A DNA stretch of 28,254 nucleotides from a virus (Duplodnaviria > Caudoviricetes). The number at the start of each line of letters is the position of its first letter. Positions within the stretch are counted from its first letter, which is position 1. Position numbers and translations under genes: made by a program. Below the pieces are notes generated by a model. That model made no database searches, was not told the DNA's origin, and saw only the letters and a list, made by a program, of their open reading frames with translations. Below, piece by piece: positions 1 to 7,476 of this stretch. The stretch covers positions 1 to 28,254 of IMG/VR virus record IMGVR_UViG_3300031460_000007; one strand, 5' to 3'.

Positions 1-67
1 GCGACTAGCGCTCGTCGAGCGCGCAACCGTTGAAAGTGCCGTACTGTGCATTAGCGGACACGCGGCG

Positions 68-93
68 GCGCCCCGGCCAGGCGGTCGGGGCGC
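68..93 (-). terminator. GC-rich hairpin downstream of the HTH gene, possible terminator
   Basis: gcgccccggcc-aggc-ggtcggggcgc stem-loop just past the stop at 99; no clear U-tract. Confidence 0.35.
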
Positions 94-98
94 TGGGG

Positions 99-290
99 TC
101 AGGGGGTGCGGCGCGTGGCTTTCCACGTTTTCTTGTCGCGCGCGTACCGCTCGACCTCTGCGCGCGTCAGGAACCAGTCGCGCCCCAGGCGTGTCGCCGC
201 CAGCGCGCCGCGCCGGATCGACTGGCGCACGGTCGCGGCGGTGATACCGAGGAGGCGCGCGGCCTCCCCGGTCGTCAGGGTGTCGGTCAT
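99..290 (-). CDS. Small helix-turn-helix DNA-binding protein (excisionase/HTH_17-like), 63 aa
   Basis: MTDTLTTGEAARLLGITAATVRQSIRRGALAATRLGRDWFLTRAEVERY is the typical xis-like winged-HTH pattern; ATG 290 overlaps the upstream stop (ATGA). Confidence 0.85.
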   Translation of the reverse strand: MTDTLTTGEAARLLGITAATVRQSIRRGALAATRLGRDWFLTRAEVERYARDKKTWKATRRTP

Positions 291-559
291 GCGCGGTCCC
301 CGGCCACGGTCTGCGCCAACTCCGCGCCAGCGAGGAGTCGGAACGCACCCGCAGCACCCGCTGCCGCATCCTGCTCGGCGAACCACGCATTGTCCTCGTC
401 GGCCATGTTGACGCCGAAGTCGCTCGGGTCGTTGGTCAGGTCGGCGGCTGCGACCGGGCCGACGCTGGCGATCACGTTCTGCGCGGCGTCCAGCTGCACG
501 GCGAAGATGTCGCCGCTGGTCATGTGCTGCAAAAACTCGTAGCGGGTCGTGGTGCTCAT
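287..559 (-). CDS. Small acidic hypothetical protein, 90 aa
   Basis: Directly downstream of a TTGACA promoter, AGGAG SD upstream, GC3-rich codons; 13 D/E versus 3 R and no K. Confidence 0.75.
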   Translation of the reverse strand: MSTTTRYEFLQHMTSGDIFAVQLDAAQNVIASVGPVAAADLTNDPSDFGVNMADEDNAWFAEQDAAAGAAGAFRLLAGAELAQTVAGDRA

Positions 560-582
560 GGTCCCTGCTCCTGCGTGATTCA

Positions 583-642
583 GGCCGCGCCGTGCGTCCC
601 TGCCATACCTCTATAATACTACGCTGCGGAGTATTTGTCAAG
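583..642 (-). promoter_or_regulatory. Sigma70-type promoter copy 1 with palindromic operator
   Basis: TTGACA (641-636), 17 nt, TATTAT (618-613); AATACT-N9-AGTATT inverted repeat across the spacer and -10; near-identical to 1049-1108. Confidence 0.85.
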
Positions 643-725
643 TGTTTCCCGGGGCAATCTCGCACACAGCGCCCCGCCCGTCGCGTGTCACCGCGCGCAG
701 CTCGTCGCGCGTGCGGACGGGGTGC

Positions 726-1025
726 TCAGACGAGGCCGGGGTGGCGGGCCTTGAAATCGTAGCGCCCCGCGTGGTCGGCGGTCTGGATGGCGGCCCGCAG
801 GTGCGCTCGTAGCGTGCCCAGGTGCGTGCGGCTGATCAGTACTCCCGGCAGGTATTCGATGCCGCGAATCCGCTCGTTGATGCGCGCGGTGAGTTCGTCT
901 TGCAACGCCATCCGCTCGGCGGCGGTGCCCGCCTTGGCGCGGGCCATCGTCTCGTCGTGGTGCGCTTGGACCTCGACTTTGGTTGCATACTCGGTCGTGT
1001 CGTCGATGCGGATGCGCTCGATCAT
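726..1025 (-). CDS. Hypothetical protein, 99 aa
   Basis: ORF directly downstream of promoter copy 2, with GAGGAG/AAAGGG upstream and GC3-rich codons. Confidence 0.7.
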   Translation of the reverse strand: MIERIRIDDTTEYATKVEVQAHHDETMARAKAGTAAERMALQDELTARINERIRGIEYLPGVLISRTHLGTLRAHLRAAIQTADHAGRYDFKARHPGLV

Positions 1026-1048
1026 GACGCTAGCCCTTTCGCTCCTCG

Positions 1049-1108
1049 GGCCGCTCCGTGCGTCCCTCCCATGTATCTATAATACTACGGTGCGGAGTAT
1101 TTGTCAAG
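1049..1108 (-). promoter_or_regulatory. Sigma70-type promoter copy 2 with palindromic operator
   Basis: TTGACA (1107-1102), 17 nt, TATTAT (1084-1079); same operator as copy 1. Confidence 0.85.
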
Positions 1109-1134
1109 GGGTTGGTGGGCGAATATCGCGCGCA

Positions 1135-1167
1135 ATAAAGCCCCCGCCGCATGGTGACGGCGGGGGC
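1135..1167 (-). terminator. Intrinsic terminator ending the late operon
   Basis: Minus strand gcccccgccg-tcaccatg-cggcgggggc followed by TTTATT, just after the holin stop. Confidence 0.75.
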
Positions 1168-1195
1168 CGGGTCGGGGCTGCGGGGCGCGGCGGGG

Positions 1196-1789
1196 TTACG
1201 CGGTCGGCGGCGTCAGCGGGACCGGCGTGGCCGCGCTCACCGGGGCGACCCCCTCCACCGGCGCGGACTGCGGTGCCGGTCCGCTCTGCGGTGCCGGTCC
1301 GCTCTGCGGGCCCGGTCCGCTCTGCGGGAACAGCGCCCCGACCGCCGCCGCGATCGCGGCGATCGTCTGCTCGGCGGTCGGGCCGAGGGGCGCAACGCTG
1401 ATCGTCGGGCTGTCCCCGGTCGCCACCACGCCGGGCATGGTCGTGGCGGCGTTGGCCTGCCTGATCTGCGTCACCGCGCCCTCGATCAGGGTGCGTAGCT
1501 GCTGGTCGCTGAGCGCGATCCCGTGCTGCGCGAGGAATGACGTGGCGCGGTTCGCGGCCTCGCTGTATTTGGCCTGCGGGTCGAGGCCGTGCGTCCGCCC
1601 GATCTGCTCGGCGGCGCGGACGGCCTCGCCGGTGATGGCGATCGCCTGCGCGGTGTGGGTCGCCCCGATCCGCGCCTCGACCAGGCGACGGAAGTAGACG
1701 AAGATCGCGCCGAGCAAGCCCGAAGAGAGCAGCAGGGAGAGCGCGCCGATCACGGCGGCGGTCGCGGTTGTTGGGGTGGCGTTGGTCAT
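1196..1789 (-). CDS. Holin, LL-H-like family, with Pro/Ala-rich C-terminal tail, 197 aa
   Basis: N-terminal TM segment then AVRAAEQ...AKYSEA...LIEGAV motif; AGGAGG SD before ATG 1789; in the lysis cassette. Confidence 0.75.
   Translation of the reverse strand: MTNATPTTATAAVIGALSLLLSSGLLGAIFVYFRRLVEARIGATHTAQAIAITGEAVRAAEQIGRTHGLDPQAKYSEAANRATSFLAQHGIALSDQQLRTLIEGAVTQIRQANAATTMPGVVATGDSPTISVAPLGPTAEQTIAAIAAAVGALFPQSGPGPQSGPAPQSGPAPQSAPVEGVAPVSAATPVPLTPPTA
1268..1327. repeat. 18-nt tandem repeat (about 3.3 copies) encoding PQSGP(A/G)
   Basis: ctgcgg(tg/gc)ccggtccgct units inside the holin tail. Confidence 0.85.
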
Positions 1790-1799
1790 GGTGTCCTCC

Positions 1800-2147
1800 T
1801 CAATCGATCCAAAAGGCTGGCGTCCGAATGACGTACAGCGTCCGGGTGGCATCCTGATCGCCCTTCCAATGGGTGACATAGATCTTCAGGCGGTTATCGG
1901 CGGGGTGGATCAGCGTGTCGTAGCGGAACACATTGATGCCCGGCATAGAGGTGTTGATGTCGATGCTCTTGAACCCCAAGTCCTCGAACCAGAAGTCCCA
2001 GGACCGCTTCCCCTGATCGTGGCTATAGGCCACCGTGGGTGGCATGGGGACGCTACGCCCGCCCGGCACGACGATCGTATCCGCCCCGGCTGGCAGATCG
2101 CCCTTGTTGACGGCCTCCATCTGTGTGCCGCGCCATTCCCATCCCAT
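1800..2147 (-). CDS. Hypothetical protein between endolysin and holin, about 115 aa (alternative start 2120)
   Basis: ATG overlaps the endolysin stop (TAATG); globular-looking, aromatic-rich sequence; fills the gap up to the holin SD. Confidence 0.65.
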   Translation of the reverse strand: MGWEWRGTQMEAVNKGDLPAGADTIVVPGGRSVPMPPTVAYSHDQGKRSWDFWFEDLGFKSIDINTSMPGINVFRYDTLIHPADNRLKIYVTHWKGDQDATRTLYVIRTPAFWID

Positions 2148-3028
2148 TAGCTCGCCCGCACTTTCCACGCCTGAAAGACGTTGTTTTGCATCGATCGATC
2201 CTCGATCTTGCCGTCTGTATCGACAACGCTGATCCCCACGTCCGCGAGGTTCACCCCGAGGATCCGGGCGGCGACCCCGCCGAACGCCACGTCGATATGC
2301 GGCACGCCCTGCGCGTCGATGTAGTAGCGCACGTCCTCGCCGGTCGCGTTCGTCGGTTGCAGCGCCGCGCCGATCGCCGCCGCCGGGTCGCTCGGCACGG
2401 TCGCCGCCGTGACGGCCCCCGGCTTGCCGTAGGCCATGAGTTCCGCGACCGTGCCGTCGAACTGGTCGCCGTCCACGTGGCCGACGCCGGGGATCGTCTC
2501 GTTGTCGCTGTACTGCCAGGCCATCAGCTTGCCCCACCCGCGCGGAGCGGACGGCTCGTTGGTCTGATAGGAGGCGTACCAGAGCGGGTAGGCCGTCACG
2601 CGCGCATCGTTCGCCAGCCCGTGCTCGGTGATGTAGGACGGGTAGGTATAGACGCTCGGCTTGAAGCCGTAATGCGCTTCGAGCGCGCCCAGGCAGGCCA
2701 GCGCCTGCTCGATGTACGGGTAGCCATTCTCCTCCCAGTCGAGCGAGATACCCTCACCGGGGAGGATGTCGTCGCCCACCTCTGCGATGAAGTACTCGGC
2801 CTGCGCTTGGCCACTCACATTGGCGCACCCCGGTTCCCCGAGGTAGAGGTAGTGGATGACGAGGATCCCGACCGACCGCGCGCCCGCGACTTGCGCCCGC
2901 CCGTCGGGGTTGGTGTAAGCATCGCCGCCAGTCCGCTTAATCGCGCAGAATGAAATGCCGGATGCTTTGAGCGTCGGCCAGGACTCGGTTGGTTGGTTGC
3001 TGGAAATGTCAGCGCCCATCAGTGTCAT
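2147..3028 (-). CDS. Endolysin, GH25 muramidase with C-terminal extension
   Basis: GADISSNQ start, IKRTGG, LDWE, LWYASY, WQYS and VDGD motifs of GH25 lysozymes. Confidence 0.9.
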   Translation of the reverse strand: MTLMGADISSNQPTESWPTLKASGISFCAIKRTGGDAYTNPDGRAQVAGARSVGILVIHYLYLGEPGCANVSGQAQAEYFIAEVGDDILPGEGISLDWEENGYPYIEQALACLGALEAHYGFKPSVYTYPSYITEHGLANDARVTAYPLWYASYQTNEPSAPRGWGKLMAWQYSDNETIPGVGHVDGDQFDGTVAELMAYGKPGAVTAATVPSDPAAAIGAALQPTNATGEDVRYYIDAQGVPHIDVAFGGVAARILGVNLADVGISVVDTDGKIEDRSMQNNVFQAWKVRAS

Positions 3029-3055
3029 GCCGTTTTCCCCTTTCGTGCCCTCATG

Positions 3056-3511
3056 TCAGCGTCCCTCTTCGTCGTCGTTGCTCAGCGAGCCGCGATAGCC
3101 CTTGCCCTGTAGCGCGGTTATCTGCGAGCGCAGGCGGGTCAACTCCCCGGCCTGACGCTGATTCTCGGATTTGAGGTCGCGGATCGTGCCGTTCGCCATC
3201 GCCAGGTCGGCGCGGAGTTGCGCGGTTATCGCCTGCTCGGCCTGGAGGCGACTTTCCAACATCTCGACCCGCGCAGCCAGTCGCGTCATCTCCACCCGCA
3301 ACCCCTCCACGTACTCCCAGGTTTGTTTGTCCAGGCGTTCGATCCTGCTCTCCTCGCGTTGCGCCGCCGCCTGCGTCGCCTGGGTCTCCCGTTCATCGCG
3401 CTGCTTCTTGGTCTCATCACCGCGGTGGAGATACCACTGCCGCGCCGTGAGCAACAGGGACACCGCCGCGATCACGGTCCCGGTCAGGGCGCTGATCACC
3501 GTCGGATTCAT
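3056..3511 (-). CDS. Membrane-anchored coiled-coil protein, lysis-cassette associated, 151 aa
   Basis: N-terminal hydrophobic helix then long heptad region; ATG 3511 overlaps the upstream TGA. Confidence 0.7.
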   Translation of the reverse strand: MNPTVISALTGTVIAAVSLLLTARQWYLHRGDETKKQRDERETQATQAAAQREESRIERLDKQTWEYVEGLRVEMTRLAARVEMLESRLQAEQAITAQLRADLAMANGTIRDLKSENQRQAGELTRLRSQITALQGKGYRGSLSNDDEEGR

Positions 3512-3909
3512 CGCCACCGTCCCCGCACGTTCGCGCGTAACGCCCACAACTGCGCGGACGCGAGGACCGCGTAGCAGAGCCAGGTGATCGAGCTCGACAC
3601 GCTCAACACGAACACCCCGGCGAGCGTGGTCCAGAAGATCGTCCCGAGGATCAGTCCCGCCACCCGGATGGTGGTGTGTTCGAGCAGCACGCCGACGAAC
3701 TTCAGCGCCGCCGACACCGCGCAGAGTGCGGCGAGCCAGTAGGCGTGCTGGATGGCGTTGACCGTGCTGCCGTGGTAGACGAGCAGGACGGCGAACGCGC
3801 CCGACAGGGACGCGGAGAGGAGTTCCACCCCATCCGGCGGGGCGTCGTTCCAGAGGTAATGCACCCGCGCGCGGAGTCGTGACTGTCGTGCTGTCAGACG
3901 ATGCCGCAT
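3508..3909 (-). CDS. Multi-pass membrane protein (about 4 TM), possible holin or accessory
   Basis: Four hydrophobic stretches; AAGGAGG SD; upstream of the endolysin. Confidence 0.7.
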   Translation of the reverse strand: MRHRLTARQSRLRARVHYLWNDAPPDGVELLSASLSGAFAVLLVYHGSTVNAIQHAYWLAALCAVSAALKFVGVLLEHTTIRVAGLILGTIFWTTLAGVFVLSVSSSITWLCYAVLASAQLWALRANVRGRWR

Positions 3910-3949
3910 GGCCGGGCCTCCTTCCTGTGCGCGATCTGGTAGCGCATCG

Positions 3950-4300
3950 CTAGTCCCCCTGCGCCAGTTGGCGGCGCGCGAGCCAGCGCATGACCTGATT
4001 GAGTTGCGCGAGCGTCAGGTCGGTCCCGGCGAGGAACGCGGGGGCCAATGCCTGTACCCCCGCCCGTGCGGTCGCGTCCTGTGCCGCCGCCGCTTGCGCC
4101 GCCGCGTCGAGCGCCGTCGCGTCGTGCGCCGCGACCACCGCCGCGATCGTCGGTTCGAGGATGATGTCCGGGACGGTGAGCCAGACATCGGTCGCGGTGC
4201 CTTCCATGCGCGTGTTCCGCGCGGTCAGTCCGGGCACCTGCGCGAGCACCTGATCGAGCAGCGCGGCACGGGTCGGTTTCGTGTAGTGATAGCGCGCCAT
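3950..4300 (-). CDS. Hypothetical protein following the tail fibre (possible fibre chaperone)
   Basis: GGGGGAG SD, GC3 bias, synteny. Confidence 0.65.
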   Translation of the reverse strand: MARYHYTKPTRAALLDQVLAQVPGLTARNTRMEGTATDVWLTVPDIILEPTIAAVVAAHDATALDAAAQAAAAQDATARAGVQALAPAFLAGTDLTLAQLNQVMRWLARRQLAQGD

Positions 4301-4324
4301 GCGCTCCCCCTTTCCTGCTACCGC

Positions 4325-6217
4325 TCATGCGCCTGGCACGCGCCAGAGCGCGAACGCGAACGCCACGCCCGCCAGACGGTTGAGCGCCACGCCGCTGGTC
4401 TGATAGAGACTCGTGGTCAGATAGTCGCCGGCCGCGTAACTGCGGGGCGGCACCAGCACGATCGGCTGCGGTGAGGCGCTCGCGTCCATGTTCATGACGG
4501 CCTGCGCGCCGAGTTGGGTAACGCCGTTGAGCCGGATTTCCGCCTGTCGGTTGCCGGTCGCGTTGGCGTCGAGCGCGTGCGAGGCGTAGGCGATGTAGCG
4601 CCCCGCTGCCCCGACCGGGATCGTCAGGCGCGTGTTTGCCCCCGCGCTATAGAAGCCGCCGCGATCCTCCACCACGCTGTTGAACGTGATCGCCTGGAAA
4701 CCGCCGCCCGTGGCGATCGCCTGGGTGACGGTGCTGTAGACGTTGGTCCCGACGAACGGTGCCGCCTCAGCGATCCACGTCCCCGGTGTCCCCGCCACGG
4801 TGCAGACCCAGATCGCCGCCGTCTGGTCGATCACGAAGTCGCCGACCGCGAACGTGCCGGTCGTCGGTGCGCCGCTCGCCGTGCCGCCGACATAGCGCGT
4901 CGCGGCGGTCGCGCCCGTCAGCGCCGCCGGTGCGCCCGTCGCCGGGGTGGACCAGGTGAGGAGGCCATTGACGACCGTGAGCACCTGGCCGTTCGCGCCG
5001 GCCCCCAGCCTGGCGGGGTTGCCCGCCAACAGGCCGCTGTACAGCTCCACGCTGGTGAGCGCCCAGTCGGCCTTGCCGCTCGTGATCCGCCAGTAGCGCG
5101 CGAGGACAGCGGGCGCGACGGTGAACACGCCGCTGTCCCCGAACGCGCCTGACCCGGTGTAGGCCGTTGTCCAGGTCGTGCCGTCGGGCGAGGATTGCAA
5201 CAGCAGATCGCTCGCGCGATAGATGGTGTTGGCATTCTGGACGATGCGTCCCGACACGACCGTGGCCGGGGTGGGGCCGAGGTCGAAGCGCACGAACGCG
5301 GGCAGCGGCGAGGCACCGCCGGTGTAGAAGTCGGTCGCGGGGTTGTTGTCGATCAGTTGCGCCCCGGCGCGTCCCGTCGCCGCCGCCGACTCGGTCGCCG
5401 TCACGCCGAGCGTGGCGAGGAGGCTATTCGTGGTGGTCGCCGCCCCGCCTACGAGCAGGTCGCCCTGTGCGGTCAGCGGGTTGCGTACATCGCCAACCAC
5501 GCCCCAGGCCGCGTCGCCGACGGCCGCGCTCGCCTTGACCACCGCTTGGCCCGTCGTGCCGCCAGCAGGCAGCGCCCCGCCGCCCGCCGCCGGGGCGGCC
5601 CAGGTCAGCACGCCGTTGACCACGGTGAGCACCTGATTCGCGCCGCCGACGCCGAACCGGGTCGGCGTGCCACTCGCGCCGCCGACGATGAGGTCCTGCG
5701 CGGTCGTCATCGGGTTCGTCAGCCCGCCGCCCGTACCCGGCGCGATCCAGGAGCGCGCCCCCGCCGCCGTGCTGCTAAGCACGTAGCCGCTGGTGGCCGG
5801 GTTGCCGAGGCTCGCCTCCTTCGTCGCCAGCCCCGGTACGGTCGGATTCGGGTAGGTGCTTCCCAGATCGCCGCCCGCCGCGCCGCTCGGTGCGCCGCTC
5901 GCGCCCGTGCCCCAGCCGGTCGCGTAGTCGGTGGACCCCGTCTTGACCAGCGCCTGCCCGGTCGTGCCCCCAACGGGCACACCCTGCCCCGCTGGGCCGG
6001 TCGCCCCGTTCGCGCCCGCTGGTCCCGCCGGTCCCTGCGAGAGCATCCAGACGGGGGTAGTGGCCGTCAGGAGGTAGAGCGCGCTGGTGTCTAACTGGAG
6101 CGCCAGCGCGCCCACGTCGGCGGCGCCGAACCCGGTCGCCGCCAGCCTTGTCGCGGCATCCGGGTAGGTCCAGCGGTACGCCACGGCGTTCTGTAGCCCG
6201 TTGGTCGCGAGTGTCAT
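4325..6217 (-). CDS. Tail fibre/receptor-binding protein with Gly-X-Y stretch, F5/8-C (discoidin)-like domain and C-terminal C1q/BclA-like head
   Basis: GPAGPAGANGATGPAG; LIDNNPAT...RFDLG...LQSSPDGTTWT...ARYWRI...SVELY; C-terminal ITFN...TRLTIP...GRY...GDYL pattern; internal fibre repeats. Confidence 0.8.
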   Translation of the reverse strand: MTLATNGLQNAVAYRWTYPDAATRLAATGFGAADVGALALQLDTSALYLLTATTPVWMLSQGPAGPAGANGATGPAGQGVPVGGTTGQALVKTGSTDYATGWGTGASGAPSGAAGGDLGSTYPNPTVPGLATKEASLGNPATSGYVLSSTAAGARSWIAPGTGGGLTNPMTTAQDLIVGGASGTPTRFGVGGANQVLTVVNGVLTWAAPAAGGGALPAGGTTGQAVVKASAAVGDAAWGVVGDVRNPLTAQGDLLVGGAATTTNSLLATLGVTATESAAATGRAGAQLIDNNPATDFYTGGASPLPAFVRFDLGPTPATVVSGRIVQNANTIYRASDLLLQSSPDGTTWTTAYTGSGAFGDSGVFTVAPAVLARYWRITSGKADWALTSVELYSGLLAGNPARLGAGANGQVLTVVNGLLTWSTPATGAPAALTGATAATRYVGGTASGAPTTGTFAVGDFVIDQTAAIWVCTVAGTPGTWIAEAAPFVGTNVYSTVTQAIATGGGFQAITFNSVVEDRGGFYSAGANTRLTIPVGAAGRYIAYASHALDANATGNRQAEIRLNGVTQLGAQAVMNMDASASPQPIVLVPPRSYAAGDYLTTSLYQTSGVALNRLAGVAFAFALWRVPGA

Positions 6218-6421
6218 CCGTCCCCCCTAGCGTCGTTTGGTGACGATCGCGCCGTCGCCGCGCAGGGCCACGTTACCCGCGCCCGTGAAGACGATCCCAT
6301 ACGTCTCGATCGTCCCGCCCCCGCCGCTCGCGACGGTGCCCCAGCCGGTCGCGTAGTCGGCGGGGCCGGTCTTGACCAGCGCCTGCCCGGTGGTGCCCCC
6401 GACCGGCACACCCTGCCCCGC
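5907..6421. repeat. 86-bp imperfect direct repeat (5907-5992 and 6336-6421) shared by two adjacent tail genes
   Basis: Both copies encode AGQGVPVGGTTGQALVKTGxxDYATGWGT; offset 429 nt. Confidence 0.85.
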
Positions 6422-6709
6422 CGTGATGTCGGCGCGCATGTCGTTGAGCGCCCCCGCCGTGACCCCGTGACTGACGACCGCGCCCGCCGCGTGCGCCGCC
6501 GCCGTGGTGCCCTCGATCCCCCGCGTCACGGTCAGGACATTGCCCGCCCGCGCCGTGACCCGCATGATCTCGGTGCCGCAGATCAGCCGGTAGGGCAACG
6601 ACGCCGGGAACTCCTGCGCGGGCGTGGTGACGGTCAGCGTCGTGTCGCTCGCCGCGCAGGCCACGGCGAGGGTGCTGCGGGCGCGATCGGCGAAGTACTC
6701 GATTGGCAT
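6227..6709 (-). CDS. Minor tail/fibre-anchor protein, 160 aa
   Basis: EIMRVTAR...LTVTRGIEGTTAAAHAAGAVV motif typical of phage tail proteins; shares a repeat with the fibre. Confidence 0.75.
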   Translation of the reverse strand: MPIEYFADRARSTLAVACAASDTTLTVTTPAQEFPASLPYRLICGTEIMRVTARAGNVLTVTRGIEGTTAAAHAAGAVVSHGVTAGALNDMRADITAGQGVPVGGTTGQALVKTGPADYATGWGTVASGGGGTIETYGIVFTGAGNVALRGDGAIVTKRR

Positions 6710-7215
6710 CAGCGCCCCACCTCCCCGAGCGACAGCGGCAAGGCGCTACCGTCCGCGATCGTCCAGTCAGCCTGTGTCGCCAGCCCCGTCGTGCCGTCCG
6801 TGGTCGTGCCCGGCCCGACGCCCGGTGCGCCACCCGGCACCAGCGCCCCGCCCGACGACTGCGCCGGATAGCCGAGGCCGGAGCCGCTCGCGCGGGGCGG
6901 CACGTTGTACGGCTCGACTTGGTAGTTGCTCGCCACCACGACGAGCTGCGCGACCCCCGGCGCGACGGCCTGACAGAACACCAGTCGCCCGACCCGGATC
7001 GCGCTCGGCAGTGGGTAGAGCGCGAGGCGTTGCCCCCCGTCCACGCGCACCGCGACGGTCGGTGTCCCGCCCAGCAGCCCGCTAGCGGCGAGGATCAACG
7101 CCTCGCGGATCGGGTTGGGACGGCGCAGGCGGTCGAGCACCCCGCGCGCCAGCCGGTCATAGTCCGCGTCCCGCGCCGCCCCGGTCGCGCCGATGATGTC
7201 CACGGGGACGCTCAT
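6709..7215 (-). CDS. Hypothetical tail-region protein, 168 aa
   Basis: Stop/start overlaps at both ends; synteny. Confidence 0.65.
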   Translation of the reverse strand: MSVPVDIIGATGAARDADYDRLARGVLDRLRRPNPIREALILAASGLLGGTPTVAVRVDGGQRLALYPLPSAIRVGRLVFCQAVAPGVAQLVVVASNYQVEPYNVPPRASGSGLGYPAQSSGGALVPGGAPGVGPGTTTDGTTGLATQADWTIADGSALPLSLGEVGR

Positions 7216-7427
7216 GCCCGCACCCCCCGACCGAGCACGGCGAGCACGGCCAGCCCGCCTTCCGCAGCCCCCGCGAGGAGGACGCGATCCCCGACCGCCA
7301 GCCCGGTCGCGGCGTTGAAGCGCAGCGGATCGACATACACCCGCAGGCGCGACCCGCCGACCGCCGCCGTGGCGTAGCCGCGCGGGTCGGGGAGGGCGGT
7401 GATGGTGGCGTGGCGCAGCGTGTTCAT
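7212..7427 (-). CDS. Small tail-tip protein (OB-fold-like), 71 aa
   Basis: MNTLRHATIT...LAVGDRVLL...VLAVL pattern; ATGA coupling downstream. Confidence 0.6.
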   Translation of the reverse strand: MNTLRHATITALPDPRGYATAAVGGSRLRVYVDPLRFNAATGLAVGDRVLLAGAAEGGLAVLAVLGRGVRA

Positions 7428-7476
7428 CCGGCCACCACCAATCCGTCCGCGTACCAGCCCCACGCGATCCCGTCCA

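Noticed and set aside
1-290. Prophage att site or excision module
   Set aside because: No integrase, tRNA or identifiable host gene; the short palindrome at 8-22 is insufficient evidence
583-1108. Repeats as a CRISPR array
   Set aside because: Only two copies, 466 bp apart, each a complete promoter; the coding tandem repeats at 1268 and 12094 have no spacers
3056-3511. Spanin pair
   Set aside because: TM plus coiled coil resembles an i-spanin, but no overlapping lipoprotein with a lipobox was found
4325-6709. Diversity-generating retroelement or invertase-driven fibre switch
   Set aside because: No reverse transcriptase or invertase in the window; repeat differences are not adenine-specific and the repeats are direct
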